Assembly: GCA_963726685.1 (NCBI GenBank)
Contig: CAVSDG010000008.1
Location: 267,073 to 331,072, forward strand
DNA length: 64,000 nt
Origin: an uncultured Planctomycetota bacterium
GTDB taxonomy: Bacteria; Planctomycetota; Planctomycetia; Isosphaerales; Isosphaeraceae
Direction: 5' to 3'
The notes under the pieces are model-generated. The model was not told where the DNA came from. It did no database searches and worked only from the letters and a program-made list of their open reading frames with translations. The position numbers and the translations under genes are program-made. Position 1 is the first letter of the stretch. Each line of letters begins with the position of its first letter. Shown here piece by piece: positions 20,810 through 31,445 of the stretch.

Positions 20810-20889
20810 GGGTGGCTGTGGTTTCGTCCGCGAAACCACAGGATGAGGACCCCGGCTCTGTGGTTTCGCGGACGAAACCACAGCCACCC
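20810..20889. repeat. 80-nt perfect nested palindrome (32-bp arms, 16-nt centre)
   Basis: Arm 20810-20841 is the exact reverse complement of arm 20858-20889. Each arm contains its own 11-4-11 palindrome, CTGTGGTTTCG-nnnn-CGAAACCACAG. Confidence 0.9.
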
Positions 20890-21066
20890 GGGACGTGCGA
20901 ACCGACCGAATCCAGCCGTTCAGAGCGACGACCAACATGCTGCACTTTCCGGGATTCTATGTACCGGATCGTTCGGGCTTCAGCCCTGCGGTCCAAGTCG
21001 CGTACCAGTGAGCGACGATAGACAGGGGAGCACGCCCCTTGGTCCGGGGCTCGCTGCAGCCCGAGG

Positions 21067-21483
21067 CTAGGCGGGCTTTCCTCGCCCCAATCGCATGAAG
21101 CGCTTCCACAGCGCCTGCGGCCAGCGCCTCTGCCGCTCCAAAGCCGCGTTCAGCTCGTCGGACTTCCGCTGCAACTCGGCGGGCAAGTCGACACAGGCCG
21201 GGCCCTCGCCCGCTTCGACCAGACGCTGCTGGACTGCACGCTCCCGGCCGCGATATCGGATGCACCCCGCTTCGGCACGTCGGATCGCCAGAAACATCCG
21301 ATCCTGCTCGTCGGCCGTCTCCGGTTGCTTCTTGACGAAGCAGTGGGGACAACCCGTCGGGTCGAGGCTGACCCCGAACAGGTCGGGTGCCGCTGAGAAC
21401 GGCACCTCGCACATCATGCAGCAACCATCCTCGACGAAGTAGTCTCCCGGCACGTTTGAGGGATGCGGCTTAGCCTCCTCCAT
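21067..21483 (-). CDS. Ferredoxin-like Cys-rich protein
   Basis: YFVEDGCCMMCEVPFSAAPDLF...CPHCFVKKQP...GCIRY resembles single-cluster 4Fe-4S ferredoxin-domain proteins. The function is tentative. Confidence 0.55.
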   Translation of the reverse strand: MEEAKPHPSNVPGDYFVEDGCCMMCEVPFSAAPDLFGVSLDPTGCPHCFVKKQPETADEQDRMFLAIRRAEAGCIRYRGRERAVQQRLVEAGEGPACVDLPAELQRKSDELNAALERQRRWPQALWKRFMRLGRGKPA

Positions 21484-21586
21484 CGCAACCCCCCGCCGCT
21501 TGACAGCCGTCGAGTAGACGAAGGCCGGCCCCGACCGGGACGATGGCGGTTACCAAGCCAGCCGATCATCCCGGACGGAGCCAGCC

Positions 21587-22919
21587 ATGACATCCTCGCA
21601 TCCGCTCCCCGCACCGTGCCAGTGGTTCGCCCGACTCGCCTCCGCCCTCGACCGGCGGTCCGCACCCCGGCTCGCCCTCCTGTTCCTCGGCGCGGTCCTC
21701 GCCCGCGGACGGCGGACCGTCACCAGTTGGATTCGGGCGGCCGGGCTGAGCGACCAGTTCCGGCCTTGCTACACCGCCGTCGCGGCGGCCGGGAAGAAGG
21801 CCGGGACCATCGCCGCGCACCTCGTGCTGACGGTGGTCAGGCCGCTGCTGGGCGGGGCCGAGCGGTTGACGCTCGCTCTGGACGACACCCCGACGAAGCG
21901 GTACGGGCCGCACGTCCAGGGGGCCGGCATCCACCACAACCCGACCCCCGGGCCGGCCGGCTCCGCCGTACGTCTACGGGCACGTCTTCGTCGTCCTGGC
22001 CCTGCTCGTGGCCCACCCGGCCTGGGGGGGCGTCGCCCTGCCGCTGTTGGCCCGGCTCTACGTCCGCGACAAGGACCTGCCGAAGATCGACCCGAAGCAC
22101 CGGCCGCCGTTCCGCACCAAGCTGGAGCTGGCCGTCGAGCTGCTGCGGTGGGCCGAGCCCTGGCTGGGGCTGCTGAACTTGCCGATCTGGGTGGTGGCCG
22201 ACGGTGCCTATGCCAAGAAGGATTTCCTCAAGCCGGCAATGTCGTCGGGAATGACGGTCGTCAGCCGGCTCCGCAAGGATGCGGCCCTGCGGACGGTTCC
22301 CGGCCCTCGGCCGGCCGGCAAGCGAGGCCGGCCGAGGACCTATGGCCCGGACGTGATCGACCTGGCCAAGCGGTCCGGCCAGAAACGAGGCTGGTCCTCC
22401 GAGACGGTCACCCTGTACGGGGTCGCCACGATCAAGAAGTACAAGACGTTCCTGGCGACCTGGCGGCCGGCCGGTGGGGTGATCCGGGTGGTGCTGGTGG
22501 ACGAGCCAACCGGCTGGCGGGCGTATTTCTGCACCGACATCTCGGCGAGCGTCGCCGACATCCTGGGGGCGGTGGCCGACCGCTTTAGCCTTGAGATCAC
22601 CTTTCGCGAGTGCAAGCAGGTCGTGGGTGCCGGGCAGCAGCAGGTGAGGTTCATCTGGGCGAACATCGGGGCGTTTCACATCTGCCTGTGGACATTCACG
22701 CTGACCGAGGCGTGGGCCTGGGGTCGCAAGGCGGAGGATCTGGTGGACCGCTCGGCCTCGCCATGGGACTCAACGCTGCGCCGTCCGAGTCACGCGGACA
22801 AGCGGCGGGCGTGGCGTCGTGAATTGCTGGGTGAGGAGATTCGTGTGTCTCTACGCCCGGGGGCTACCGAGGCGGAAATTCAGGCCACGGCCGAAAGGCT
22901 GCTCAGCTTGGCCGCATGA
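21587..22919 (+). CDS. IS701-like (IS4-superfamily DDE) transposase, frame broken near 21965
   Basis: ...ALDDTPTKRYGPHVQGAGIHHNPTPGPAGS joins PYVYGHVFVVLALLVAHPAWGGVALPLLARLY...IWVVADGAYAKKDF...SLEITFRECKQ. I could not identify the element ends. Confidence 0.8.
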
Positions 22920-22948
22920 CATATACATTCACCCGGAAAGTACAGAAC

Positions 22949-23128
22949 ATGGTCAAGATCGTCGAGCAAATCGCCAAGGGACTCGGAGCCAAAGTAATCG
23001 ACCGGGCGCCAGTGACCGGAGGCGGCGCCTTCGGAGCCGCACGGCTCGCCCGGTGCGTCGAACGCCTTCAATCCCGCCTCGTCCGGGGTCAGGGCAAGCG
23101 CCCCTGCCGACCGAGCGATCCCGGGTGA
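22949..23128 (+). CDS. Small hypothetical ORF (59 aa)
   Basis: MVKIVEQIAKGLGAKVIDRAPVTGGGAFGAARLA... has moderate GC3. It sits between the transposase and the hydrolase gene. Support is weak. Confidence 0.2.
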   Translation: MVKIVEQIAKGLGAKVIDRAPVTGGGAFGAARLARCVERLQSRLVRGQGKRPCRPSDPG

Positions 23129-23239
23129 AACGAAGAAACAAATGAAAGAAACAAATCGGTCATTCTTGATGTTGGCTACAGTCTGAGCGACCGGGCTGGA
23201 TGGCATTGGCGGCGATAGCCACCATGCCGCCGGCCCCGT

Positions 23240-24771
23240 TCAGCGCTCCTGAGCCACAATAAAATCCACGATCGGCCTGGAGTCTCGCAGCCCGCCCAGA
23301 TGATGTCCCACGCCCTCGATGACGATCACCCGCATCCACCCGCCGAGTTCCTTATATCGAGCCTCCGCAACCCTCGTCTGTCCCTCCAGCCACGGGTCGA
23401 GACCTCCGCAAACATGAAGAATCGGCACCCCAGCCTTGGCCAGCGGCCCGAGGTTGTCGATCGGCGGCGTCTTCGACATCAGGCTACGAGCGCAGGATTC
23501 TCGGCATAAATGCACGAGACCTTATCCGGGTTCTCGATGGCCCAGGCATAAGCTTCCCCTGCCGATGTCCCCGGACCCGCCATGACGGGCTTGCGGGAGA
23601 AGCCGTGGTCGACGAGCCGCTTGTAGGTGGCGTCCCACTGCCAGCGGACCGGGCCGGACTGGGCGATGAGCGGGGCGATCACGATGTGGAAGCCCTTCGC
23701 GAGCAGGGCCTGGTCGACCGCCGAATCGCGGCGGTTTGCGTCGGCGCGGAAGACCCAGGGCTTGCCGGGGGCGGCGGCCTTCGGGACGATCACCGCCATG
23801 CCGGTCAGGCCCCACGGGCCGTCGGTCCGTGCGTCGTAGCGGTCGTAGCAGTCGACGAATCCCGGGCCGCGGCAGGTGGCGTAGGTCTTCTCTTCCTTGA
23901 GAGGGAGGTATGAGCTTGTGAGGCTATAGTAGTAGGATTTGGTGAAGGAGTCGTCGGCGAAGTCGGGCCGGTCGCCGGGCGGGCCCGTGTGGTCGACGAT
24001 CCAGTCGGCGAGCGGTTTGGCGTTGCGGACGCTGTGTGGATGGTGGGCCGGGCCGTCCTTGATCATGACGGTGATGCGGCCGCCGAGCTGGTGGTAGCGG
24101 TCCTCGATGGCCAGGGTGTGCCGCTCCAGGAGGAAATCCTGGCTGCCGCAGACGTTCAGCAGGGCGACGTCGTTCCTGGCCAGGTCGCCGAGCTTCGCGA
24201 AGCTCTCGGGGCGGATCGCGGGGTTGTCGGCGTAGATGCAGGAGACCTTGTCGGGATGGGCCGTGGCCCACTCGTAGGCGTTGACGCCGCCCTTGCTCAT
24301 GCCGACGAAGGCCGGCTTCTTCGCGAGCCCATGTGTCTCGGTGAGGTACGCGTACCAGGCGTCCCACGTCCGGTCGGGGTCGGGCGTGATGAACGCGACG
24401 TGGAAGCCGCGGCGGAGCAGCTCGACCTCGGTCTGGGGCTCGTGGTCCCAGTAGCAGCCCCGCCACGACCACGGATTGCCGGGCGCGGGGGACTTCGGGA
24501 CGACCACGATGCATCGCCGCTGACCCTTTGCCGGGGCCTTCACCCCGAAGCGCTCGTCCTCGGCCCGCTTGAAGGGACGGATGGACAGGGTCGCCTCGTC
24601 CATGACGAAGTCGTAGCGGTCGAAGCCGTCGTGCCAGGACGTCTTTTCGCCATCGAAGGGCGCGTATGACCCCGCCGTCGCGTCTCCTGGACCCGCCAGA
24701 GACACCACGACGACGATGGCCGCGAGACGGAACGGCTCGCGAAGAATCCCGTTCGGCTTCCTGTTGTGCAC
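23240..24771 (-). CDS. Secreted alpha/beta hydrolase with two tandem hydrolase-fold halves, frame broken near 23490
   Basis: Has a signal peptide. The two halves share motifs (FVGMSKGGVNAYEWATAHPDKVSCIYADNPA and MAGPGTSAGEAYAWAIENPDKVSCIYAENPA). The C-terminus continues in ORF 23240..23515 (...PILHVCGGLDPW...GVGHH). Confidence 0.8.
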
Positions 24772-25066
24772 TTTGGGAGTCCCTGGACAAGCACGGAATG
24801 GCGCGATTCGCTCACGGTTGCTGGCAACGTATCAGAAGCACGAACGGGTCGAAACGGTTGAGAACCGGGCACCTCGCATGCGAGACTCGGCCGTTACGAA
24901 ATCGAGGACGATCGCGTCGGAGGAGGGCCTGGATCGGAGGGGTGCGGGGCGAACCTTGACGATCGAAGCTGAACTTTTCTTGCACGCTTGGGTTCGCTCG
25001 TCGCGAGGAGGGACCCGAGCGGACCCCGAGAGGTCTTCAACAGGACAAGCACGAAGGGATACGAAC

Positions 25067-25489
25067 ATGGGCACGATCGAGACCTTCGACCACACCGCCG
25101 ACGTCGGCCTCCGCATCCGCGGGACGGACCTCGACGACCTGTTCCGGACGGCCGCCGAGGGGCTGTTCGACTACGTCGTCGCCAACCGCCTCGAGGTCCG
25201 GCCGGACGAGCTCGAGAAGGTCTCGCTCCGCGACGACTCGCCGGCCGACCTGCTCGCGTCGTGGCTCTCGGAGCTGATCTTCCGGTCCGAGACGCACCAC
25301 CGCGTGTTCCGCGACTTCGACGTCCGTGTCGAGGACGACGGCACGCGGCTCGACGCCACGATCCACGGCGAGGGCATCGACCGCGAGCGGCACATCCTCG
25401 ACCACGAGGTCAAGGCCGTCACGCGGCATGGGCTCGTGCTCGAGCGAGAGGGGGAAGGGTGGATGGCGGAGATGATCCTGGATATTTGA
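25067..25489 (+). CDS. Archease
   Basis: MGTIETFDHTADVGLRIRG...EVKAVTRHGLVLEREGEGWMAEMILDI carries the canonical archease N- and C-terminal motifs. Confidence 0.9.
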   Translation: MGTIETFDHTADVGLRIRGTDLDDLFRTAAEGLFDYVVANRLEVRPDELEKVSLRDDSPADLLASWLSELIFRSETHHRVFRDFDVRVEDDGTRLDATIHGEGIDRERHILDHEVKAVTRHGLVLEREGEGWMAEMILDI

Positions 25490-25490
25490 A

Positions 25491-26801
25491 TCAATGCGCC
25501 GCGTAGGCCGCACCCGCCGCGCGACGGCCGCGAACGCTCTCGGGGAACATCGACTCCTGGTCGAGCGTACCGTCGATCGAGAACGGGACGGGCAGATACT
25601 CGGTCTCGCGCGTCAGGTGCGGGTGGGCGGCGACCTCGGACTCGAGGGGACGCGAGACGTACATCGTGTTCAGCTCGAGCGTGTTGGGGATCACGACCAT
25701 CCGCGCCTCGGCCGGGTCGATCCGCCAGCAGGTCGCGAGCGCCGCGTCGAAGACGTCGCGGTCGGTGGCGAGCGTAATGGGGATCCGCGCCCGTTCCAGG
25801 CAGCACGACGTCAGCACGTTGATCCGAAAGGCGTCGGGGTCGACCTTGGCGGCGAGCCGCTCGGTCGTCAGGTCGGCGAACCCGACGCCGACGATATTGC
25901 CGTGCGTTTCCTCGGAGGCGTCGAGCACGACCAGCCGCGTCACAACCGGCCGCGCGAAGTCGGGCATCGTCTCGACCATCAGGCGGCCGATGACGTTCGG
26001 GTCCATCCCCGCGCCCGAATAGTTCTTGCCCAGCTCGCCGACGACGAGGATGTCCATCTGATCAAATGGCAGCCTTCCCATGAGACCGCGGGCCCGTTCG
26101 AGGAGCTTCGGCTCCTCGTCGAGGATCGTCTCGGGCTCGAGCGCGACGATGTCCGCGGGCATGTCCTCGGCGTTCTCGAGGATCGCCAGTCCGAGGGAGA
26201 ATCTGGTGTTCTCGACCAGGAACCTGCCGACGGCCGGCAGGACCTCCCTCAAGCCTCGGAGCCCGAGTTTATGAACCTGCGTTGCCCCATCGCGCTTGCC
26301 CAGGCCGATGACGAGCATCTTCAGTACGCCCGACTCATAGGTCCCGGTGAAGTCGGTGTGCGGCTTGACCCGGTTGAGCAGGACGATGCCGTCGGCCTTG
26401 TGGGCGTTCCGGTCGAAGTAGATCGGCAGGCCGACGGGGTTGGTGCCGAGGACGACGGTGTCCATGTCGGACCGGACCTCGACGCCCATCGTCTCGGGCG
26501 TGATCTCGTAGCCGGCCAGCAGCTCGCGCTGGCCCTCGGCCGTCGCGCCGCCGTGGCTGCCCATCGCGGCGACGATGAAGGGTCTGTACCCCATCGCCTT
26601 GAGCGTGTCGACCGCCGCGCGGGCGACCGTGGGAATGCAGGTGATTCCCCGGCTCCCGACGCCCACCGCGATCCGGCCGCCGGCGGGAACCCGCTCGCGG
26701 AGCCGGCTCTCGAGGATCAGCCGGCGGACGGTGCCGGCGATGTCAGCAACCCGGGGCTGAGGGATCGACTGGCGGACACGGGCGAGCGGCGGGACGGACA
26801 T
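25491..26801 (-). CDS. LarA-like (lactate racemase N-terminal domain / DUF2088-type) protein
   Basis: 436-aa intact ORF with RIAVGVGSRGI...AAMGSHGGAT. The family is assigned by resemblance only. Confidence 0.6.
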   Translation of the reverse strand: MSVPPLARVRQSIPQPRVADIAGTVRRLILESRLRERVPAGGRIAVGVGSRGITCIPTVARAAVDTLKAMGYRPFIVAAMGSHGGATAEGQRELLAGYEITPETMGVEVRSDMDTVVLGTNPVGLPIYFDRNAHKADGIVLLNRVKPHTDFTGTYESGVLKMLVIGLGKRDGATQVHKLGLRGLREVLPAVGRFLVENTRFSLGLAILENAEDMPADIVALEPETILDEEPKLLERARGLMGRLPFDQMDILVVGELGKNYSGAGMDPNVIGRLMVETMPDFARPVVTRLVVLDASEETHGNIVGVGFADLTTERLAAKVDPDAFRINVLTSCCLERARIPITLATDRDVFDAALATCWRIDPAEARMVVIPNTLELNTMYVSRPLESEVAAHPHLTRETEYLPVPFSIDGTLDQESMFPESVRGRRAAGAAYAAH

Positions 26802-26896
26802 GCGACGAGGTCCCCAGGATGGTGCGGCCGGCGCACACGATGAGCCGGTGGCCCCAATCTAGGGCGGGTCGCAGGCCCCGTCAACGTCGCCGGGTT

Positions 26897-27328
26897 TCAC
26901 CAGCCATACAGCGCCGGCGGCACGCCTGGCCCAAACCCCGGGGCATAGACGCCGATCGGCGGCAGCGGCACATTGGCCGGCGCGGCGGGGATGCCGAACG
27001 TCCCGTAGTACGGGCTCCGCCAGACGAACCTATTCGGCTGGCCCGGAGGGTTCCAGAGCGACGTCCCCCACGGGCCGGGCAGGTAGCTCACCGGCGGGTA
27101 GCCGTAGGCGTAGCCGGGGCCGAAGCTCGAGCTGAATGTCGTGTACGTCTGGCGCATGCCGTAGCTGGCGACGCCGTAACTCGTGCCGTAGTAACCGGGC
27201 GCGGAATAATACGCCTGGATCCGGTAGGGCAGGACCGGGCCGCCGGCCACCTGGCCGCGGGCCGTGGCCTCGGCCGATGCGAGCCAGAGGGCGGTCCCGA
27301 TCACGAGGGTCGCGGCGATCCGGCGCAT
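26897..27328 (-). CDS. Secreted Tyr/Gly/Pro-rich low-complexity protein
   Basis: The signal peptide MRRIAATLVIGTALWLASAEA is followed by Y/G/P-rich sequence. Confidence 0.5.
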   Translation of the reverse strand: MRRIAATLVIGTALWLASAEATARGQVAGGPVLPYRIQAYYSAPGYYGTSYGVASYGMRQTYTTFSSSFGPGYAYGYPPVSYLPGPWGTSLWNPPGQPNRFVWRSPYYGTFGIPAAPANVPLPPIGVYAPGFGPGVPPALYGW

Positions 27329-27492
27329 GGTGAGCCTCCCCCTGCTCGACGTCCCGCACGGCCCGGAATGACCGGGCTATCCCTTGACTCTACCATGATT
27401 TTAGGGCGCGGGGCCGCCGGAAAGGAAATCGGCCCGCGGCGATTCCTCGATCGCCGTGGGCCGAAGATTATCAGGGGCGACGGACGAATCCC

Positions 27493-29037
27493 TCAGTTGA
27501 GCACGACCGGCTCTTCGATCAGCAGTCCGTACTTTTTCATCTTCTTGTAGAGCGTCGTCCGGTTGATATCCAGGACCCGGGCGGTCTCCTGACGGTTCCA
27601 GTTCAGGGCCTGGAGCGTCTGGATGATGATCTGCTTCTCCGGCTCCTCCAGGGCTTCCTTCAGGGGTCGGAGCCCGGCCGGCACGTGCGACCGGGCGGCC
27701 AGGCCCTGGGGACGCGAGGGCCGCGGCGGGCCGAAGCCGAGCGAGAGGTTCGCCGAGGTGATTCGAGGGCCCTGGCAAAGCGCCACGCCGCGCTGGATGA
27801 CGCTCTCGAGCTCCCGAACGTTGCCCGGCCAGTCGTGGCGGCAGAGCAGGTCGAGCAGCGTCGGGCGTGAACCCGGCAACGGGCTTGGCGAACTCGCTGG
27901 CGAACTGGGACCGGAAGTGGTCGGCCAGGGCCTCGATGTCGCCGCCGCGGTCGCGGAGCGAAGGCAGGCGGAGGCAGACGATGCCGACGCGGTCGTAGAC
28001 TTCGCGGCGGAGCCGCCCCTGGTCGACGAGGCTCGAGAGGTTCTCGGTCGACGCCAGGACGATTCGGATGTCGGCACGCTCCGGCTCGGTCGCGCCGATG
28101 GGGTCAAATTCGCCGTCCTGGAGCAGCCTGATGAGCTGCCGCTGGAGCGGAAGGGTCAGCGCCGAGACCTCGTCGAGGAACAGCGTGCCGCCGTGGGCGC
28201 GGGCGACCTTGCCGGGCCGGTCCAGCATGCCGTTGATGCCGCCGGAACGGCCGAAGGTCTGGCCGAACAGCTCGCGTTCGAGCTGGGCCTCGTCGAGCCC
28301 GCTGCAGATGACCTCGACGAACGGGCGGTCGGCGCGGGGGCTGGCGGAGTGGATTGCGCGGGCCAGGGTTGACTTGCCCGTGCCCTGCTCGCCCACGATG
28401 ACGACCGGCGTCCTGGTCGGCGCGGCGGTCAGTGCCATCTCGACGGCCTGTTTGAGCCCGGCGGCTTGTCCCACGAGGGGGACCACGACCTGCCGGGCCG
28501 CTGGCGCGGGCCGCGGGCAGATTCCGTCGATGAAGCCGGGCGACGCGCCGTTCCCGTTGCGGTGGCCGTGGCCGTTGGTCGCGTGGGGATGGGCCTCGGC
28601 CTCGGACCGGGGCTCATTTGCGGCGACCGCGTGGCCGGGGTCGACGGCGGCGCCGGCGCGGGGGCCGAGTCGCGCAGGACCTGAAGGGCCTGGGTCACCG
28701 AGGCGCGCAGCTCCATCGCCGGGGCGGGGTAGCGGAGGACAGTCGCCCCGAGCCGCGTCGCCTCCCGGGCGCGATCGCAGGCGGGGTTCGCGAAGAGAAG
28801 CAAGATGGGCACCCTCGGGTGCTTACGCCGGACGTAGGACGTGAGCTCGAGCACCTCGGGGTCGGCGGGGTCGACGGCCGAGATGACCAGGCCCACGCTG
28901 CCCCGCTCGACCCGGCGAAGCGCCGCCCGGTCGTTGGCGGCTTCCTCGATTCCGTGCCCCAGGGACTGCAGCATCGACGCGAGCAGCGACTGGGTCGAGG
29001 ACTCGGGATGGACGATCAGGATCTGCGATTGGCTCAT
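27493..29037 (-). CDS. NtrC-family AAA+ transcriptional activator with atypical receiver and degenerate GAFTGA loop, frame broken near 28662 and 27885
   Basis: Receiver-like N-terminus (ORF 28429..29037), AAA+ core with GEQGTGKS and LFLDEV (ORF 27401..28486), and a Fis-type HTH tail WPGNVRELE...NWNRQETARVLDINRTTLYKKMKKYGL (ORF 27493..28107). Confidence 0.85.
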
Positions 29038-29333
29038 GGGGTCAAACTCTCAGGTAGGCAACCCGCGTGGCACGGACCGGCATCGGATCGTCGTCCCTGA
29101 GCGGATGCGGTCGCACGAGCGACGGTTTCGGACGTGGCTCGTCGGGGGGAAGTGGCCTGCGGTTCCGCCCGGCACATCAACGCCGCATCTCACATCACGG
29201 CGACATCACCGGAGCTTCCCGGATTCCGCGGCCCCGTTGAGGGGGATATACATCGCGTTCGCAGATTCGTCAAAACGCCGATGGAACGATCAAACCCTTG
29301 ACAATTCGCAGTTTATGGCCTCCCGGGTGGGTC

Positions 29334-30219
29334 TCAGGCACGGGGATGGGCATCCTGGTACGCATCGTGCAAACGCTCTCCGGAAACGTGGGTGTAGATC
29401 TGGGTCGTGGTCAGGCTGCGGTGACCGAGCAGCTCCTGAACGCTTCGGAGGTCGGCACCGCGGTCCAGAAGGTGAGTGGCGAAGCTGTGCCGGAGTGTGT
29501 GCGGGCTGGCGGATGGGTCGAGACCGAGACCCAGCAGATACCGTTCCAGCAGCCGGCCAACACTCCGCGTAGAAAGTCGCGTGCCGCGATTGTTAACGAA
29601 GACCGACGTTTCGCTGGCTCGCAACGGGGTCCGAACCGCGAGCCAGCGGCCCAGCCAGGCCGACGCCACCGGCCCGATCGGGGCGAGCCGCTCGCGGCGG
29701 CCCTTGCCCCGGACCAGGACGAGTCCCTGCCCGAGGTCGAGGCCGGCAAGATCCAGCCCGACCAGTTCCGAGACGCGTAACCCGCCTCCATACATGGTCT
29801 CGAACATCGCCCGGTCGCGCAGGCCCAGCGGAGTGCTTGTCGGGATCGAGTCGAGCAGGCGGGTCACATCCTCGACGCCGAGCGGCTTGGGCAACCTCTT
29901 CGGCTGCTTTGGGTTCCGCAGTCCTCCGGCGGGATCGCCGACGATCGTTCCCTGCCTCCGCTGGTACCGGAAAAATGATCGCAGGCTTGCAAGACGCCGG
30001 GCCACCGTCGTCGCCGCGTACCCCCTCGTGCCAAGCCAGGCGGCATAGGAGCCGCAATCGGCGTGCGTCGACCGTGGTCGGGTCGGCCCCGTCACCGATG
30101 GTTTCCAGCAAGTAGCGGGCGAACTGGGTCAAGTCGTCCTCGTAACATCGGAGCGTGTGCGGAGATGCCTGCCGTTCGGACGCCAGATGTCCCAGGAATG
30201 CGTGGATGGAAGCATGCAT
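29334..30219 (-). CDS. xerC: Tyrosine recombinase XerC/XerD family, frame broken near 30055
   Basis: [30 protein letters not shown]... joins [26 protein letters not shown]...[39 protein letters not shown]. Confidence 0.85.
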
Positions 30220-30901
30220 GAATCATCGGTCTCAATCGTTACGTGTCCGCGGGCCGGCTGTGACGGCCGCTCGTCAAGGAGTGCGGTCACGGCCTACCGT
30301 GCCGACCGCGCTCTCACGTGCGTCCACCAACTGCAGGGGATCGGCATCCCGCCAACCCGCGGGCGATCATATCAGGGACGGCGGCAGCGGCCGCCGTCGG
30401 CATCTGGCTTCGGCGGCTGGTGCGCCGTCGGGACGTCGGCGTCCTGTCCGGCACGGCGATGCGAAAACCTCGATCTCGTAGGATTTTCCCCGGGGGGCGG
30501 GGCTCCATTCGGTTTCGACACCTCGCGGACGACTCGGCGGCGTCGATTCGGCCGACGCCTCTATCGTTTCAGCCTGATCCGCACAACTCTGCGTGCCTCA
30601 ACCCTACGCGGTTTACTTTCGCTTGGGACACAGGCGGCGAGAACTTGTCAAACCCGTACCGCCAAGATCATACAACCCCGGCGGCGTGTCGCGGTAGCGG
30701 CCACCGGGATTTGTAAGTTCAATAGTCTACGCGAAGCCGCGGGGGACATGTGAATGGGCGAGGAATGATTCGTGGAGTTTTTTTCGACGCTCGTGCGCCC
30801 CTCGAAGCGCCGGCCGGCAAATCGCACGAGATTTGATCGCGGCACGGCGCGTGATAGGCTTCCCCGCACCGAGCCATCTCCCGACGCCGAGCGACCCCAC
30901 G

Positions 30902-31359
30902 ATGCCCGACGATGAGACGCTGACGCACCGCCTGATCCTCCCCCGCGATGCGAACCACTACGGCACCCTCTTCGCGGGCGGCCTGCTCTCGCTGGCCCTG
31001 GAGGCCGCCTACGCGACGGCCTACCGGACGATCGGCGCCGGCGCCAATCTCGTATTAAAGCGCATCCTCGACGTCCGCTGCTTCGAGCCGGTGAAGGTCG
31101 GCCGGGTCATCGAGATCCGCGGCCGCGAGGTTCACCGCGCCGGGCGATGGTCGTGATCGGCCTGCACGGGACTCCGCTGCCCGGCCGGTCGAGGACCTGG
31201 ATCGATGGGCTGATGCAGTTCGTCCAGGTCGACCCCTCGGGCCGCCCGATCCCCATCGAGGGAGAAGTTCCCGACGCGACGCCCGAGCTGCCCTCGCCGT
31301 GGGGCCCGCTGCACGACCGCGCACTCCGCCTGCTGGCCGTCCGGGGCAACCGGGCGTAG
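30902..31359 (+). CDS. Acyl-CoA thioesterase (hotdog fold), frame broken near 31140
   Basis: MPDDETLTHRLILPRDANHYGTLFAGGLLSLALEAAY...GREVHRA joins RAMVVIGLHGTPLPG...FVQVD after one C is restored. Confidence 0.75.
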
Positions 31360-31445
31360 GGCGGATTCCCGAAAAACTTGTAACCGCCGCCCGCCCGGCC
31401 TGTGCGTAATGGGGTAGACGCACGTCACGCCGGGGGCCTCACGCC

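Noticed and set aside
22880-23206. 108-aa minus-strand ORF overlapping the small + ORF
   Set aside because: It has no start context and low GC3 over its first third. It runs through the A/T-rich repeat AGAAACAAAT x2. Neither strand is convincing here, so I list only the + ORF, at low confidence.
30492-30830. tmRNA (ssrA) gene
   Set aside because: The 5' end resembles GGGG...GGUUUCGAC, but there is no T-arm (GGGTTCGANTCCC), no acceptor 3' strand with the G-U pair followed by ACCA, and no convincing tag ORF ending in the usual hydrophobic ..AA.
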